Assembly: GCA_017003895.1 (NCBI GenBank)
Contig: GCA_017003895.1_4520.1
Source of the DNA: a phage
Strand: one strand, 5' to 3'
DNA length: 64,000 bases
This document shows positions 18,695 to 29,859 of the stretch, piece after piece (position 1 is the stretch's first letter; the number at the start of each line of letters is the position of its first letter). The position numbers and the translations under genes were made by a program. A model generated the notes under the pieces. It saw only the letters and a program-made list of their open reading frames with translations, was not told where the DNA came from and made no database searches.

Positions 18695-19182
18695 GTTTTA
18701 ATAATCTCAATGATTTCATCTCGGGATAATCCATTGATAAGAACGGTTTTCAAACCATCACACTGGATTTTGTACGATTCAAACAATACACACAACTCTT
18801 CTGCTGTATGATACGGACTTGAAATTCCGAGGCGGTTGAATTTGTCGGTAAGAGGGTCGCAAATGATGTAGAATTTTATACCTGCGATATGTACGTTTGG
18901 TTGACTAATATTAATGAACACATTAGCGTCATATTTAGTCAAATTGTTTTGAAGAAATTCTACCATGGCATTAACTGCTTCCGGCATCGCTTCGCGTTTC
19001 TCTTCAGCGTATCGGGTGGAATACTCTTTTTGTTTTACTTTCTTTTTAAGATTTTTGGCCAGTGTAACACGTAGGTCAGTAAGATAACCAACTGGACGTC
19101 CTTTCTTAAAGACCCGGATTCCGTCAGTTGTGTCTCCAAAAGCGGTTACGACCATATCGTTAGTAATCAATTGCATATTCAT
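18682..19182 (-). CDS. alc: Probable Alc (inhibitor of host transcription on cytosine DNA)
   Basis: 166 aa (T4 Alc 167 aa); T4 position between rnlA and the pseT.x genes. Assigned by size and synteny only. Confidence 0.5.
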   Translation of the reverse strand: MNMQLITNDMVVTAFGDTTDGIRVFKKGRPVGYLTDLRVTLAKNLKKKVKQKEYSTRYAEEKREAMPEAVNAMVEFLQNNLTKYDANVFINISQPNVHIAGIKFYIICDPLTDKFNRLGISSPYHTAEELCVLFESYKIQCDGLKTVLINGLSRDEIIEIIKTCLK

Positions 19183-19212
19183 AATTTTCTCCTCGTATTG
19201 TTGATAAAAGCC

Positions 19213-19242
19213 ATAGTAACACCTTCCTTGGTGTTTGTAAAC
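19213..19242 (-). promoter_or_regulatory. Early promoter, GTTTACA-N18-TACTAT
   Basis: Plus gtaaac at 19237-19242 and atagta at 19213-19218; upstream of the alc start. Confidence 0.5.
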
Positions 19243-19244
19243 CG

Positions 19245-20378
<1,134 letters not shown>

Positions 20379-20394
20379 TCAGTTAGTTTTTTAA

Positions 20395-20424
20395 ATTGTA
20401 CCACAATCCTTGTGGTGTGTAAAC
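20395..20424 (-). promoter_or_regulatory. Early promoter, GTTTACA-N18-TACAAT
   Basis: Minus strand reads aGTTTACAcaccacaaggattgtggTACAATtt, upstream of rnlA; spacer contains the ccacaa/ttgtgg inverted repeat. Confidence 0.45.
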
Positions 20425-20834
20425 TACTTTTTCTTATGTTGGATATTCCAAGGCGGGTTGAACTTTTTGATAAAAAGTGGTTCTTCAAGGTCCATTGTTG
20501 CGATGGTCATTGAACCAAGTTCGTTGGTGACTGAAAGGTCAAAACATTGGCGGGCCCAGAATTCAACCTTTTTGCCTTGCATTAAGGCATCCAAAATCAT
20601 AAGTGATTTTCTTGAATCTGAAGTCTGGTCTTTTCGATTTATGGCTGTTCGATAATAGTTAATGCGTTTCTTTAAATTCTTGGTTTTACCAATATACACA
20701 AGTTCGTCATCTATAGCAATAGCGTATATGACATTTTTCTTATTAGGGACATCAACTGTTTTAATTGTTGCATCTTCTAATAGCTCCAATTCTGTATATT
20801 TAATAAAGGAATATTCGGCGGCAATATCTTTCAT
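20424..20834 (-). CDS. denA: Endonuclease II (GIY-YIG family)
   Basis: 136 aa, same as T4 DenA; GIY-YIG-like N-terminus (NVIYAIAIDDELVYIGKT...R..YY). Confidence 0.8.
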   Translation of the reverse strand: MKDIAAEYSFIKYTELELLEDATIKTVDVPNKKNVIYAIAIDDELVYIGKTKNLKKRINYYRTAINRKDQTSDSRKSLMILDALMQGKKVEFWARQCFDLSVTNELGSMTIATMDLEEPLFIKKFNPPWNIQHKKK

Positions 20835-20842
20835 AATAAAGT

Positions 20843-20856
20843 GGGACCGAAGTCCC
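20843..20856 (-). other. CUUCGG tetraloop hairpin between nrdB stop and denA start
   Basis: gggac-cgaa-gtccc inverted repeat occupying the position where the denA ribosome-binding site would be. Confidence 0.45.
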
Positions 20857-20860
20857 GTCC

Positions 20861-22039
20861 TTAGAAATATTTTTTGTATGAATTAATTACATTTTGGTCT
20901 ACATCATTATCAATTTGTGCGACAAGATAAGAACTGATTTCAACTTCCTGAGGAGCTGCTTGAACTAAATCAGAGTTCAGATATTCACGAATCCAAGGAT
21001 ACGGATGTTTGGTCGGAGCATCAGTGATTGGGCATGGCAAACCACACTGTTTCATACGAGACACAGTCAAGTAATCAACAAAAGCACACATACTCTGCGT
21101 ATTGATACCCGGACATGTACCGTCTTTAAAGAGGTGTGCAGCCCATTCCTTCTCTTGTCTATTTACTTCCATAAAAATGTCAACTGCTTCTTGTTCACAT
21201 TCTTTAGCAATTTGAACCCACTCATCACCATCGGTACCGGACTGAAGTTGACGGATAATGTACTGAGTACCCTTGAGGTGGAGTTGTTCGTCACGAGCAA
21301 TGAACTTCATAATCTTTGCATTACCTTCCATAATTTCCATATTTTTATGGAAGTTGAAAGTACATGCAAATGATACGTAAAAACGAATAGCTTCTAAGGC
21401 GTTGATAACATGCAAACAGAGATAAAGAGATTTCATTAGCTCACGCTTCCAATATGTCTCATGCTCAATAGCATCTTCAATAACGTCTTCGTCTGCATTA
21501 ATTTCTTTTTGGTATTCGATATCAGCTTTAGCGTTTTCCCAATAACGAGTTTTAACCAGAACATCATCGTAATATTTACCTATTGATTCAGCTCGTTTCA
21601 TGATTGCTTCATCTAATACAATCTCATCAAATACTTTGGATGGATCAGTATAAAGATTTCGCATAATATGTGTATATGAACGAGAGTGAATAGTTTCACT
21701 GAATGTCCATGTTGCAACCCACGTATCTAATGAAGGGTCAGAAATCAGTGCCATAAGTACCGCAGATGGGGCCCTGCCTTGGATAGAATCTAATAATGAT
21801 TGATACTTAAGATTGTTTGTAAAGATGTCCTGTTGGAACTGAGGAAGCTTATTGAACTGAGCAGAGTCCAACATCAAGTTTACCTCTTCGGGGCGCCAGA
21901 AAAATGACAATTGCTTTTCGGTCAAATCTTCAAAAACTTTATGGCGTTGAATATCATAACGCGCAATACCGAGTCCAGAACCAAAGAACATCGGTTCGTT
22001 CAAAACATCGACTTGTTGTGTGTTAAAAACTGTACTCAT
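20861..22039 (-). CDS. nrdB: Aerobic ribonucleotide reductase small subunit (uninterrupted)
   Basis: 392 aa continuous ORF (T4 NrdB 388 aa); ferritin-like R2 fold motifs; no intron or homing-endonuclease ORF. Confidence 0.9.
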   Translation of the reverse strand: MSTVFNTQQVDVLNEPMFFGSGLGIARYDIQRHKVFEDLTEKQLSFFWRPEEVNLMLDSAQFNKLPQFQQDIFTNNLKYQSLLDSIQGRAPSAVLMALISDPSLDTWVATWTFSETIHSRSYTHIMRNLYTDPSKVFDEIVLDEAIMKRAESIGKYYDDVLVKTRYWENAKADIEYQKEINADEDVIEDAIEHETYWKRELMKSLYLCLHVINALEAIRFYVSFACTFNFHKNMEIMEGNAKIMKFIARDEQLHLKGTQYIIRQLQSGTDGDEWVQIAKECEQEAVDIFMEVNRQEKEWAAHLFKDGTCPGINTQSMCAFVDYLTVSRMKQCGLPCPITDAPTKHPYPWIREYLNSDLVQAAPQEVEISSYLVAQIDNDVDQNVINSYKKYF

Positions 22040-22077
22040 TATATTTTCTCACTTAGTTTTAACTCATCCATGAGTAA

Positions 22078-22101
22078 ATTATAATCAAAAGTCTTAAAGC
22101 T
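22078..22101 (-). promoter_or_regulatory. Candidate middle promoter for nrdB
   Basis: Minus strand has aGCTTTAa (MotA-box-like), 11-nt spacer, TATAAT; overlaps the nrdA 3' end. Confidence 0.3.
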
Positions 22102-24349
22102 TACAAGCAGAACAATCTTCAGCTTTAGGTGTTTCTAATTCATAGTCATCTGTACCTGACCCATCACGGGTGTTATGATAGTAGAGGTTTTTTCCGCCAA
22201 AGTACCAGAAGTAAAGCAGATCGTCAAGCATTACTGACATTGGCACTTTACCTTTCTCAAATACTGCAGGGTCATAGTAAGTATTAGCAGAAGCAGATTG
22301 GCACACCCATTTCAACATGATAGCAACTTGGGTCAAATAAGGTTTATTACCTTTCTTAGCAAGTTTCCACGCGTAGTCGTAAAGACCCATGTTATGTTCT
22401 ATATTAGGAACAACCTGACGGAAGTTGCCTTCTTTAGATTCTTTAATACTCACTGGACCACGTGGGGGCTCAATCCCGTTTGTAGAGTTCGATACTTGAC
22501 TGCTTGACTCACAAGGCATGAGTGCAGACAACGTTGAGTTACGAATTCCATGTTCTTTGAGTTCAGCTCGAAGTTCTTCCCAGTCACAGACATAGTTCGG
22601 GGCTGCGATTTGGTCAATCTTTTTATTGTACCAGTCGATAGGTAATTCGCCTCTAGACCATTTAGTGTCTGAATAATACTCACAAGGTCCTTTTTCTTTG
22701 GCGAGTTTGATTGATGCTTTGATAAGGCCATATTGCAATCTCTCGAACAATTCATGGGTCAAATCGTTAGCGTCTTCATATGAAGCAAAGTTAGAAGCTA
22801 ACCATGCAGCATAGTTCGTCACACCAACACCGAGATTTCGACGCTTTTTAGCTTTTAAAGCTTCTGGAACCGGATAATCTTGATAGTCTAACAGGTTATC
22901 AAGTGCACGTACTTGTACTTCAGCAAGTTCATTAATTTTATCTTGGTCTTGCCAATCAAATTTATCTAATACAAAAGCAGATAATGTGCATAAACCAATT
23001 TCAGCATCAGGACCATTCACATCATTAGTTGGAATAGCGATTTCACAACATAAGTTACTCTGACGAATTGGAGCTTTTTCACGAATAAATGGAGTGTAGT
23101 TATTTGTGTTATCAACAAACTGTGGATAAATTCGAGCAGTACCAGAACGTTCAGTCATGAACAATTCAAAGAGTTCTAGTGCTTTGATTCTTTTCTTTCT
23201 GATTGTTGGGTCTTTTTCAGCTTTCTCATAAAGCTCACGGAATTTATCTTGATCTTCAAAGAACGAGTAGTATAGTTCGCCTGACATTTCGTGAGGGCTA
23301 AATAAAGTAATATAATCATTTTTACCAAGGCGTTCCATCATAAGGTCATTAATCTGAATTCCGTAGTCCATATGTCGAATACGGTTTTCATCCACGCCTT
23401 TGTTATTTTTCAGAACTAATAGGTTCTCTACTTCTAAGTGCCACATCGGATAATACGCTGTAGCAGCACCACCACGAATACCACCTTGAGAACAAGATTT
23501 TACTGCAGTTTGGAAATGTTTCCAGAATGGAATAACACCTGTATGTCGAACTTCACCCATACCGATCTTAGAACCTTCTGCACGAAGCATGCCGACGTTG
23601 ATACCGATACCAGCTCGTTTAGAAATATATTCAATAATTGATGCTGAAGTTTTGTTAATAGATTTTAACGAATCACCGGCTTCAATAACTACACAACTAG
23701 AGAACTGGCGAGTCGGAGTACGAGCACCTGCCATAATTGGGGTTGGCAATGAAACTTGATGAGTAGAAACAGCATCATAAAAACGAATAATATGTTTCAA
23801 ACGGTCGTGAGTTTCGTCTTGATGTAAGGCCATACCAATAGCCATGATAGCAAACTGGGGAGTTTCATAAATCTTACCAGTTGTTTTATCTTTAACCAGG
23901 TATTTTTCTTTAAGCTGCATAGCACCAGCATAAGTCAGGTCAAAGTCTCGTTCATGTTTAATCTGTGAATCGAGATAAATGATTTCTTCTGCAGAATATC
24001 TAGACAACAGCTCAGGGTCGTATTTGCCTTCATTAACACAGTAAGAAATATGGTCGATAAAAGCAGGTGGTTCAAACTGCCCATATACATCTTTACGAAG
24101 TGCAAACATTAATCCTTTAGCAGCAACATATTGATAATCAGGTTCTTCGACAGAAATCGAGTTAGCTGCAACTTTAATACAAATCTTCTGAATATCTTTG
24201 GTGCTCATCCCATCGACAAGATGGGTCTTAATTTCTTCGTACAATTCATATGGGTCGATTTGTGTTCCTTCACATTGCCAAGTTAAGACTTGAATAATTT
24301 TCTGTGCATCAAAATTTTGGGATACACCACTGCTCTTAGTTACTTGCAT
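22094..24349 (-). CDS. nrdA: Aerobic ribonucleotide reductase large subunit
   Basis: 751 aa (T4 NrdA 754 aa); class I RNR features including C-terminal redox cysteine pair (CSACKL). Confidence 0.9.
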   Translation of the reverse strand: MQVTKSSGVSQNFDAQKIIQVLTWQCEGTQIDPYELYEEIKTHLVDGMSTKDIQKICIKVAANSISVEEPDYQYVAAKGLMFALRKDVYGQFEPPAFIDHISYCVNEGKYDPELLSRYSAEEIIYLDSQIKHERDFDLTYAGAMQLKEKYLVKDKTTGKIYETPQFAIMAIGMALHQDETHDRLKHIIRFYDAVSTHQVSLPTPIMAGARTPTRQFSSCVVIEAGDSLKSINKTSASIIEYISKRAGIGINVGMLRAEGSKIGMGEVRHTGVIPFWKHFQTAVKSCSQGGIRGGAATAYYPMWHLEVENLLVLKNNKGVDENRIRHMDYGIQINDLMMERLGKNDYITLFSPHEMSGELYYSFFEDQDKFRELYEKAEKDPTIRKKRIKALELFELFMTERSGTARIYPQFVDNTNNYTPFIREKAPIRQSNLCCEIAIPTNDVNGPDAEIGLCTLSAFVLDKFDWQDQDKINELAEVQVRALDNLLDYQDYPVPEALKAKKRRNLGVGVTNYAAWLASNFASYEDANDLTHELFERLQYGLIKASIKLAKEKGPCEYYSDTKWSRGELPIDWYNKKIDQIAAPNYVCDWEELRAELKEHGIRNSTLSALMPCESSSQVSNSTNGIEPPRGPVSIKESKEGNFRQVVPNIEHNMGLYDYAWKLAKKGNKPYLTQVAIMLKWVCQSASANTYYDPAVFEKGKVPMSVMLDDLLYFWYFGGKNLYYHNTRDGSGTDDYELETPKAEDCSACKL

Positions 24350-24370
24350 ATATTCCTCAGTATAGGTTGA

Positions 24371-24436
24371 TAGACATTACTCCAAACGGGATAGTATTTA
24401 TCCCGTTAATTTATTATACACTTTTAAACTGAAGCG
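24371..24436 (-). promoter_or_regulatory. nrdA leader: candidate middle promoter plus stem-loop
   Basis: Minus strand has cGCTTCA (plus 24430-24436), 11-nt spacer, TATAAT (plus 24413-24418), then the inverted repeat aacggga/tcccgtt (24386-24408) in the leader. Confidence 0.3.
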
Positions 24437-24691
24437 TTAATTATTCTTAGCAATAATTTCTTTGTATTCTTTAGGAGTCAAGACCGTAATATTGAAATAA
24501 ACCACTGGTTCTTTTTCCATACCGTAACCACCACAAAATTCAAGATATTCATAAATTCGTTCGTGTGAATAGCAAATAAATCGTTCACCTTTAACTGTGA
24601 TTTCACTATTCGGCGAAGGGATATCCAGTTCGGTAGGATTTTTCATTTCAAAAATTGTGGTGCCATATGAATTAATAAAACGTAAAATCAT
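24437..24691 (-). CDS. Hypothetical protein (nrdA.1 position)
   Basis: 84-aa ORF between td and nrdA. Confidence 0.5.
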   Translation of the reverse strand: MILRFINSYGTTIFEMKNPTELDIPSPNSEITVKGERFICYSHERIYEYLEFCGGYGMEKEPVVYFNITVLTPKEYKEIIAKNN

Positions 24692-24692
24692 T

Positions 24693-25553
24693 TTATACCG
24701 CCATTTTAGCTTTGATAGCTGGATGTGATTCGTAATTTTTAAGAATAAAGTCTTTAGGACGAAGTTTTAATACATATTCGATTTGTTCTTCGGTTGATAG
24801 ATGCCTAAATTTGTATGGTAATCCGTTAATAACTAATTCACACAGTTCTTTAGGCTCACGACGTAAAACTTCTTTGCATTGCTCTACGTGGTTGCTGTAG
24901 ATATGCGTGTTGCCGCCTGAGAACACCAAATCACCCGGGATAAGATTACACATCTTAGCTACAATATGAGTCAAGGCGGCGTACGAGGCAATGTTGAATG
25001 GCAAGCCTAAGAAAACATCTACACTGCGTTGATACCATTGTAAATCAAGATGCCCATTACGCACATTAAATTGATAGAACATATGACAAGGAGGAAGAGC
25101 CATTTGATTTATTTCGGCTGGATTCCAGGCAGAAACAATTTGACGACGGTCAGTTGGTAATTTTTTAATACGGTCAATTGTTTCAACTAATTGGTCCACA
25201 CCACTGAAATCACGCCATTGTTTACCATATATGGGACCAAGTTCGCCGCTATGATATCCAAGGTCTTTTGCCTGATTTTCGTAATTATCGTCCCAAATAG
25301 TTTTACCTTCAATTAGACTACCATGAGTACGAAGACGTAATTCATTAACATTAGTAGAACCGGACATGAACCACAATAACTCGGCAATACAAGCTTTCCA
25401 TGCTAATTTCTTAGTTGTTACTGCAGGGAATCCTTTAGTCAGGTCCCAACGTAATTTAGTTCCGAACAGGGCAATAGTGCCGGTACCTGTACGGTCATCT
25501 GTTTCGTAGCCGTTTTCAAGGATATTTTTAATTAAATCTTGGTATTGTTTCAT
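24693..25553 (-). CDS. td: Thymidylate synthase (uninterrupted, no group I intron)
   Basis: 286 aa, same as the T4 TS protein; conserved TS motifs (active-site region PPCH..FQF, DRRQIVSAWNP); one continuous ORF. Confidence 0.95.
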   Translation of the reverse strand: MKQYQDLIKNILENGYETDDRTGTGTIALFGTKLRWDLTKGFPAVTTKKLAWKACIAELLWFMSGSTNVNELRLRTHGSLIEGKTIWDDNYENQAKDLGYHSGELGPIYGKQWRDFSGVDQLVETIDRIKKLPTDRRQIVSAWNPAEINQMALPPCHMFYQFNVRNGHLDLQWYQRSVDVFLGLPFNIASYAALTHIVAKMCNLIPGDLVFSGGNTHIYSNHVEQCKEVLRREPKELCELVINGLPYKFRHLSTEEQIEYVLKLRPKDFILKNYESHPAIKAKMAV

Positions 25554-25566
25554 TTAGCACCTATAA

Positions 25567-26524
<958 letters not shown>

Positions 26525-26806
26525 TCAAAACCCCTTTTCAATAAACCATTCAGTGGCTTTATTAGCGTCAAAGAATAACTCTTCATATGTCTTTTCTTTG
26601 TTTTCAAAAACTGTCACACAAACACGTTGACATTCTCCACAGTATTCTTCTGACATACTCAAAGCGTCAGAAAACATTTCATTAAATTCACTTAAATCGG
26701 GATTATGCAATGCGTTAAAAATTGCATAATCGAATTCGTCATTCATAAATTCAAATACAAAAATCATATTATTTTTCCTCAAACAGACTTTTTCACAATT
26801 TTCCAA
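26525..26806 (-). CDS. Hypothetical protein (frd.1 position)
   Basis: 93-aa acidic ORF. Confidence 0.5.
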   Translation of the reverse strand: MENCEKVCLRKNNMIFVFEFMNDEFDYAIFNALHNPDLSEFNEMFSDALSMSEEYCGECQRVCVTVFENKEKTYEELFFDANKATEWFIEKGF

Positions 26807-27021
26807 TCAGCTTTAAACTGATCGACGTCAGAATGATAAATCCAGAATCCTGCGCTTTCTCCATCTTCATAAAGAGGGCATTCATCACATTCATCTTCCC
26901 ATCCCATATCACGTAAAAGATGTTCAGCTTTTTCAACAAGTTCAGAATCTTTACCAATGATATTAAAATACCATTTACCTCTAACTTCTGAATCTTTGAT
27001 GCTCTGGCGTTGTAATCTCAT
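26779..27021 (-). CDS. Hypothetical protein (frd.2 position)
   Basis: 80-aa ORF preceded by an early promoter. Confidence 0.5.
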   Translation of the reverse strand: MRLQRQSIKDSEVRGKWYFNIIGKDSELVEKAEHLLRDMGWEDECDECPLYEDGESAGFWIYHSDVDQFKADWKIVKKSV

Positions 27022-27056
27022 TTTATTCTCCGCTTCACTTTTGATTTGATAGGGCT

Positions 27057-27086
27057 ACTATAACATAGCCCTATCTTGTTATAAAC
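27057..27086 (-). promoter_or_regulatory. Early promoter (GTTTAT-N18-TATAGT) with -10 inside a 10-bp inverted repeat
   Basis: Plus ataaac at 27081-27086 and actata at 27057-27062; perfect inverted repeat gatagggcta/tagccctatc (27048-27075) with loop ctataaca. Confidence 0.45.
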
Positions 27087-27487
27087 TACTTTTTAAAAGT
27101 TTTTTGCAAAAGTTCGATGATTTCGTCGACGTTGGTTTCATCTACGATACAATGGATTTTTGTTACACCTAAAGTTATACCTTCGTTAGTAGGTTGAGGC
27201 TTTTCTAAAGTTACCTCAGTAAAGTATTTGAATTCTTCAGAGTAAATCTCAAAATACGTCTCAAGTGGGCCACCAGCCGTGTATTCAGTGCCATCTTCCA
27301 TAGTTACACGTACCACACATTCACCAGCACAATCATCACTTTCCATTTCATCTACAACAAAACTAGGTCCGTGCTTCTCTATTAAATTTAGCATCATTAC
27401 ATTGCAACGGCACTCGTTAGCAAAGTCATTTTTTAAATAAAGGGTTAATGATATAAGATTTTCCGATTTCCATTTTGATTTCCTCAT
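27086..27487 (-). CDS. Hypothetical protein (frd.3 position)
   Basis: 133-aa ORF with several cysteines. Confidence 0.5.
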   Translation of the reverse strand: MRKSKWKSENLISLTLYLKNDFANECRCNVMMLNLIEKHGPSFVVDEMESDDCAGECVVRVTMEDGTEYTAGGPLETYFEIYSEEFKYFTEVTLEKPQPTNEGITLGVTKIHCIVDETNVDEIIELLQKTFKK

Positions 27488-27501
27488 GTTGTTGATAAGT
27501 C

Positions 27502-27530
27502 TATACTAACACATCCAGGGAAGAAGTAAA
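27502..27530 (-). promoter_or_regulatory. Early promoter, GTTTAC-N17-TAGTAT
   Basis: Plus gtaaac at 27525-27530 and atacta at 27502-27507; between the gene 32 terminator and the next gene. Confidence 0.45.
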
Positions 27531-27555
27531 CAACTTTTTCGGCAATTTACAGATA

Positions 27556-27580
27556 CTCAAAAGGGAGACCGAAGTCTCCC
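27556..27580 (-). terminator. Gene 32 terminator (CUUCGG tetraloop hairpin + U tract)
   Basis: gggagac-cgaa-gtctccc followed on the minus strand by UUUU; the 22-nt run aaaagggagaccgaagtctccc is identical to 12158-12179. Confidence 0.6.
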
Positions 27581-27586
27581 AATTTA

Positions 27587-28489
27587 TTATAGACCGGCTA
27601 ACAGGTCATCGAGGTCACCATCATCAGAGGACGAGGTAGAGCTCATGAAGTCATCTTCAGTTTTTGCAGAACTAAAGGCTTCCATGTCTTTATCAAAATC
27701 GTCAAGGTCAGAAGCAACTTTATCTGCAACAGAAGCTGCGGCAGCTGCTGCACCGCCCAGAGCGGCAGTACCAAGAACCTTAGCGAAAGATTCATTTAAT
27801 TTTTCAAAGGATTTGAACCGGTCTTTAGCCGTCAAAGTAGTAAGGTCTACCATCTGGTCATACAGTTCTTTCTGGAATGCTTCGTCATTAATACGAGGAA
27901 TTTCAGATTGACCCAAGAATTTAGATTCGTCATAGTTGCTAAAACCTGAAACCTGCTTAGCTTTCAGAACAAAGTTAGCACCTTCAAACGGACAAGTAAC
28001 GTCAACTGGAGTTTCACCCATTTCGGTATCAACTGCAATCATTGCATTGATTTTGTCCCAAATCTTTTTACCAAAACGATATTTAAATACTTTACCTTCG
28101 TTATCTGGAGCTTGAGGGTCTTTAACAACCAGAATATTAGCCCAATAAGAAGTTTTACGTTTCAGTTGAGAATATTCAGCTTTGTTGGTATTGTACAGGT
28201 CATTTTTACTAATGTACTGACATACAGGACAAGAGTCATAATCACCATGTGTAGAAGAGCAATTTTCAATATACCATTTACCATTTTTCTTGAAACCGTG
28301 GTTAACAAGAATTGCAAATGGTAGTGCATCATCAGTTTTTGCTGGCAAGAAACGAATTACCGCTTGACCATTACCGGATGCATCTAACTTCAGCTTCCAT
28401 TCGCCTTTATCTTCTGAAGAGAAACCTTTGTTACCATTCAGTTTAGCCATTTGAGCAGCGAGGTCAGCAGTAGATTTACGTTTAAACAT
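27587..28489 (-). CDS. 32: Single-stranded DNA-binding protein gp32
   Basis: 300 aa (T4 gp32 301 aa); near-identical to my recollection of T4 gp32 in the N-terminal and core regions, acidic C-terminal tail. Confidence 0.95.
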   Translation of the reverse strand: MFKRKSTADLAAQMAKLNGNKGFSSEDKGEWKLKLDASGNGQAVIRFLPAKTDDALPFAILVNHGFKKNGKWYIENCSSTHGDYDSCPVCQYISKNDLYNTNKAEYSQLKRKTSYWANILVVKDPQAPDNEGKVFKYRFGKKIWDKINAMIAVDTEMGETPVDVTCPFEGANFVLKAKQVSGFSNYDESKFLGQSEIPRINDEAFQKELYDQMVDLTTLTAKDRFKSFEKLNESFAKVLGTAALGGAAAAAASVADKVASDLDDFDKDMEAFSSAKTEDDFMSSTSSSDDGDLDDLLAGL

Positions 28490-28576
28490 TATATTTACCT
28501 TTATTTAGATTATTTAATTTATTTACAGTTGGTTGCTACGACACTTATACCTCGTAGCTGGTATGATTTATTTATA
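28490..28576 (-). promoter_or_regulatory. Gene 32 upstream region with late promoter TATAAATA and AU-rich leader (translational operator region in T4)
   Basis: Plus tatttata at 28569-28576 is an exact reverse complement of the late consensus; AU-rich leader follows. Operator role is inferred from T4 biology. Confidence 0.45.
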
Positions 28577-28605
28577 AAGTAATTTTAACACACAAGAAAT
28601 AAAGC

Positions 28606-29259
28606 TTAATACTTACATGATTTGATTGTTTCTATGAACAATTTCTTAGCAGCATTTCCATCGATTTGAAGTATTTTTCGATATGCCTTTAATTTGGTAG
28701 AATAATTTTGCCAGACTAAGTTATCGGTAAGTTCGTCGTGCTTATCTATAATATTCAAGAATGAATCCAACAACAAGAAGGTTTCAAACGAAATTATATT
28801 GCTTTGTAGCAATTTAAATATGTAGCTCGACTGAACTTTATTATTATAATCAAATATCTCTTGAAGCGCACTAACTTCCACTTTCTTACTGAAATAGTAG
28901 ATGTTACGCACATCTTCAGCAAACGTCTCCTTGGCTTGTTTGAGACGTCCAATATATTCCCTATAGAAAACTAATGCATCAGCGTCTGATATCTCACCAA
29001 TCCATGCATCTTGGTTAGCAACTAAGTTGCTTATGAATATCAAGGTGAGTTCCTTTAATTTATATTTCTCTGCCAGTTTTTCAAAGAAATATTTATCTCG
29101 GCGTTTTTGATACGCATTATCCGAAACACGCATGCACCAGTTATATTTGATTACGTCATACCGACCATTAAAATGTTGTTTGCACATCAAGTATAGTTTG
29201 TATACCGATTTTCCGTTAATATAACGTTCTCCGTCAGGAGGCATGCGTATTTTAATCAT
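28606..29259 (-). CDS. 59: Helicase loader gp59 (loads gp41)
   Basis: 217 aa, same as T4 gp59; strong match to my recollection of T4 gp59 N-terminus (MIKLRMP..GERYI.GKSVYKLYLM.KQH.NGKYDVIKYNW). Confidence 0.8.
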   Translation of the reverse strand: MIKIRMPPDGERYINGKSVYKLYLMCKQHFNGRYDVIKYNWCMRVSDNAYQKRRDKYFFEKLAEKYKLKELTLIFISNLVANQDAWIGEISDADALVFYREYIGRLKQAKETFAEDVRNIYYFSKKVEVSALQEIFDYNNKVQSSYIFKLLQSNIISFETFLLLDSFLNIIDKHDELTDNLVWQNYSTKLKAYRKILQIDGNAAKKLFIETIKSCKY

Positions 29260-29594
29260 AATAAGAAATCTAACGTATTAGTTTTTTCACCACGAGCAAC
29301 TGATGGGCGAAGCATGTTTTCGTCAATTGCTTCGCTTGTAATTTTTTCAACAATTCCTGTAGGAATAAATTTAGCAAATTGTGTTTCTGGAATAGAATTT
29401 TCTTCCAAGAAAGCAGTTGTTGCTTCTAAATAAGACATACCAAATTGTTCAACCATGGATTCGATAATGAATCCGTTTTCTTGTCGGTCAAGCAATTTAG
29501 CGATATCATCTTTATCGTGTTTTACTGCTAATTCTTGTTCAGATAAACCGGCCTCATCAACCGGTTTAATATCACTTAGTGAAAACTGTGTCAT
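29256..29594 (-). CDS. 33: Late transcription co-activator gp33
   Basis: 112 aa, same as T4 gp33; strong match to recalled T4 sequence (MTQFSL.DI.PVDE.GLSE.EL...ENSIPETQFAKFIP). Confidence 0.8.
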   Translation of the reverse strand: MTQFSLSDIKPVDEAGLSEQELAVKHDKDDIAKLLDRQENGFIIESMVEQFGMSYLEATTAFLEENSIPETQFAKFIPTGIVEKITSEAIDENMLRPSVARGEKTNTLDFLL

Positions 29595-29859
29595 AAAGCT
29601 CGACTACCTCTTCGTTTTCGGCTTCAAATTGGTCACGAGCGTCTTTATGATAAAGAGCTAACAAACGATTAAACATTTTTCCATCGACACCAAGCTCTTC
29701 TTTAGCACGAGTACGAATGTCTTTAATCAGTTCATTATAACCAGAAATTTTAAGTTTGTTATCGGAAGCTTCCTTGACTAGTTTAGCCAGTTCTTCACCA
29801 TGCACATCTTGATTAAATTCAACTGCTTCTTTCTTAGCCATGTTTACCTCAGAATTCAT
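29572..29859 (-). CDS. dsbA: Probable DsbA (dsDNA-binding late transcription enhancer)
   Basis: 95-aa basic ORF between rnh and 33 (T4 DsbA 89 aa); assignment by synteny. Confidence 0.5.
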   Translation of the reverse strand: MNSEVNMAKKEAVEFNQDVHGEELAKLVKEASDNKLKISGYNELIKDIRTRAKEELGVDGKMFNRLLALYHKDARDQFEAENEEVVELYDTVFTK

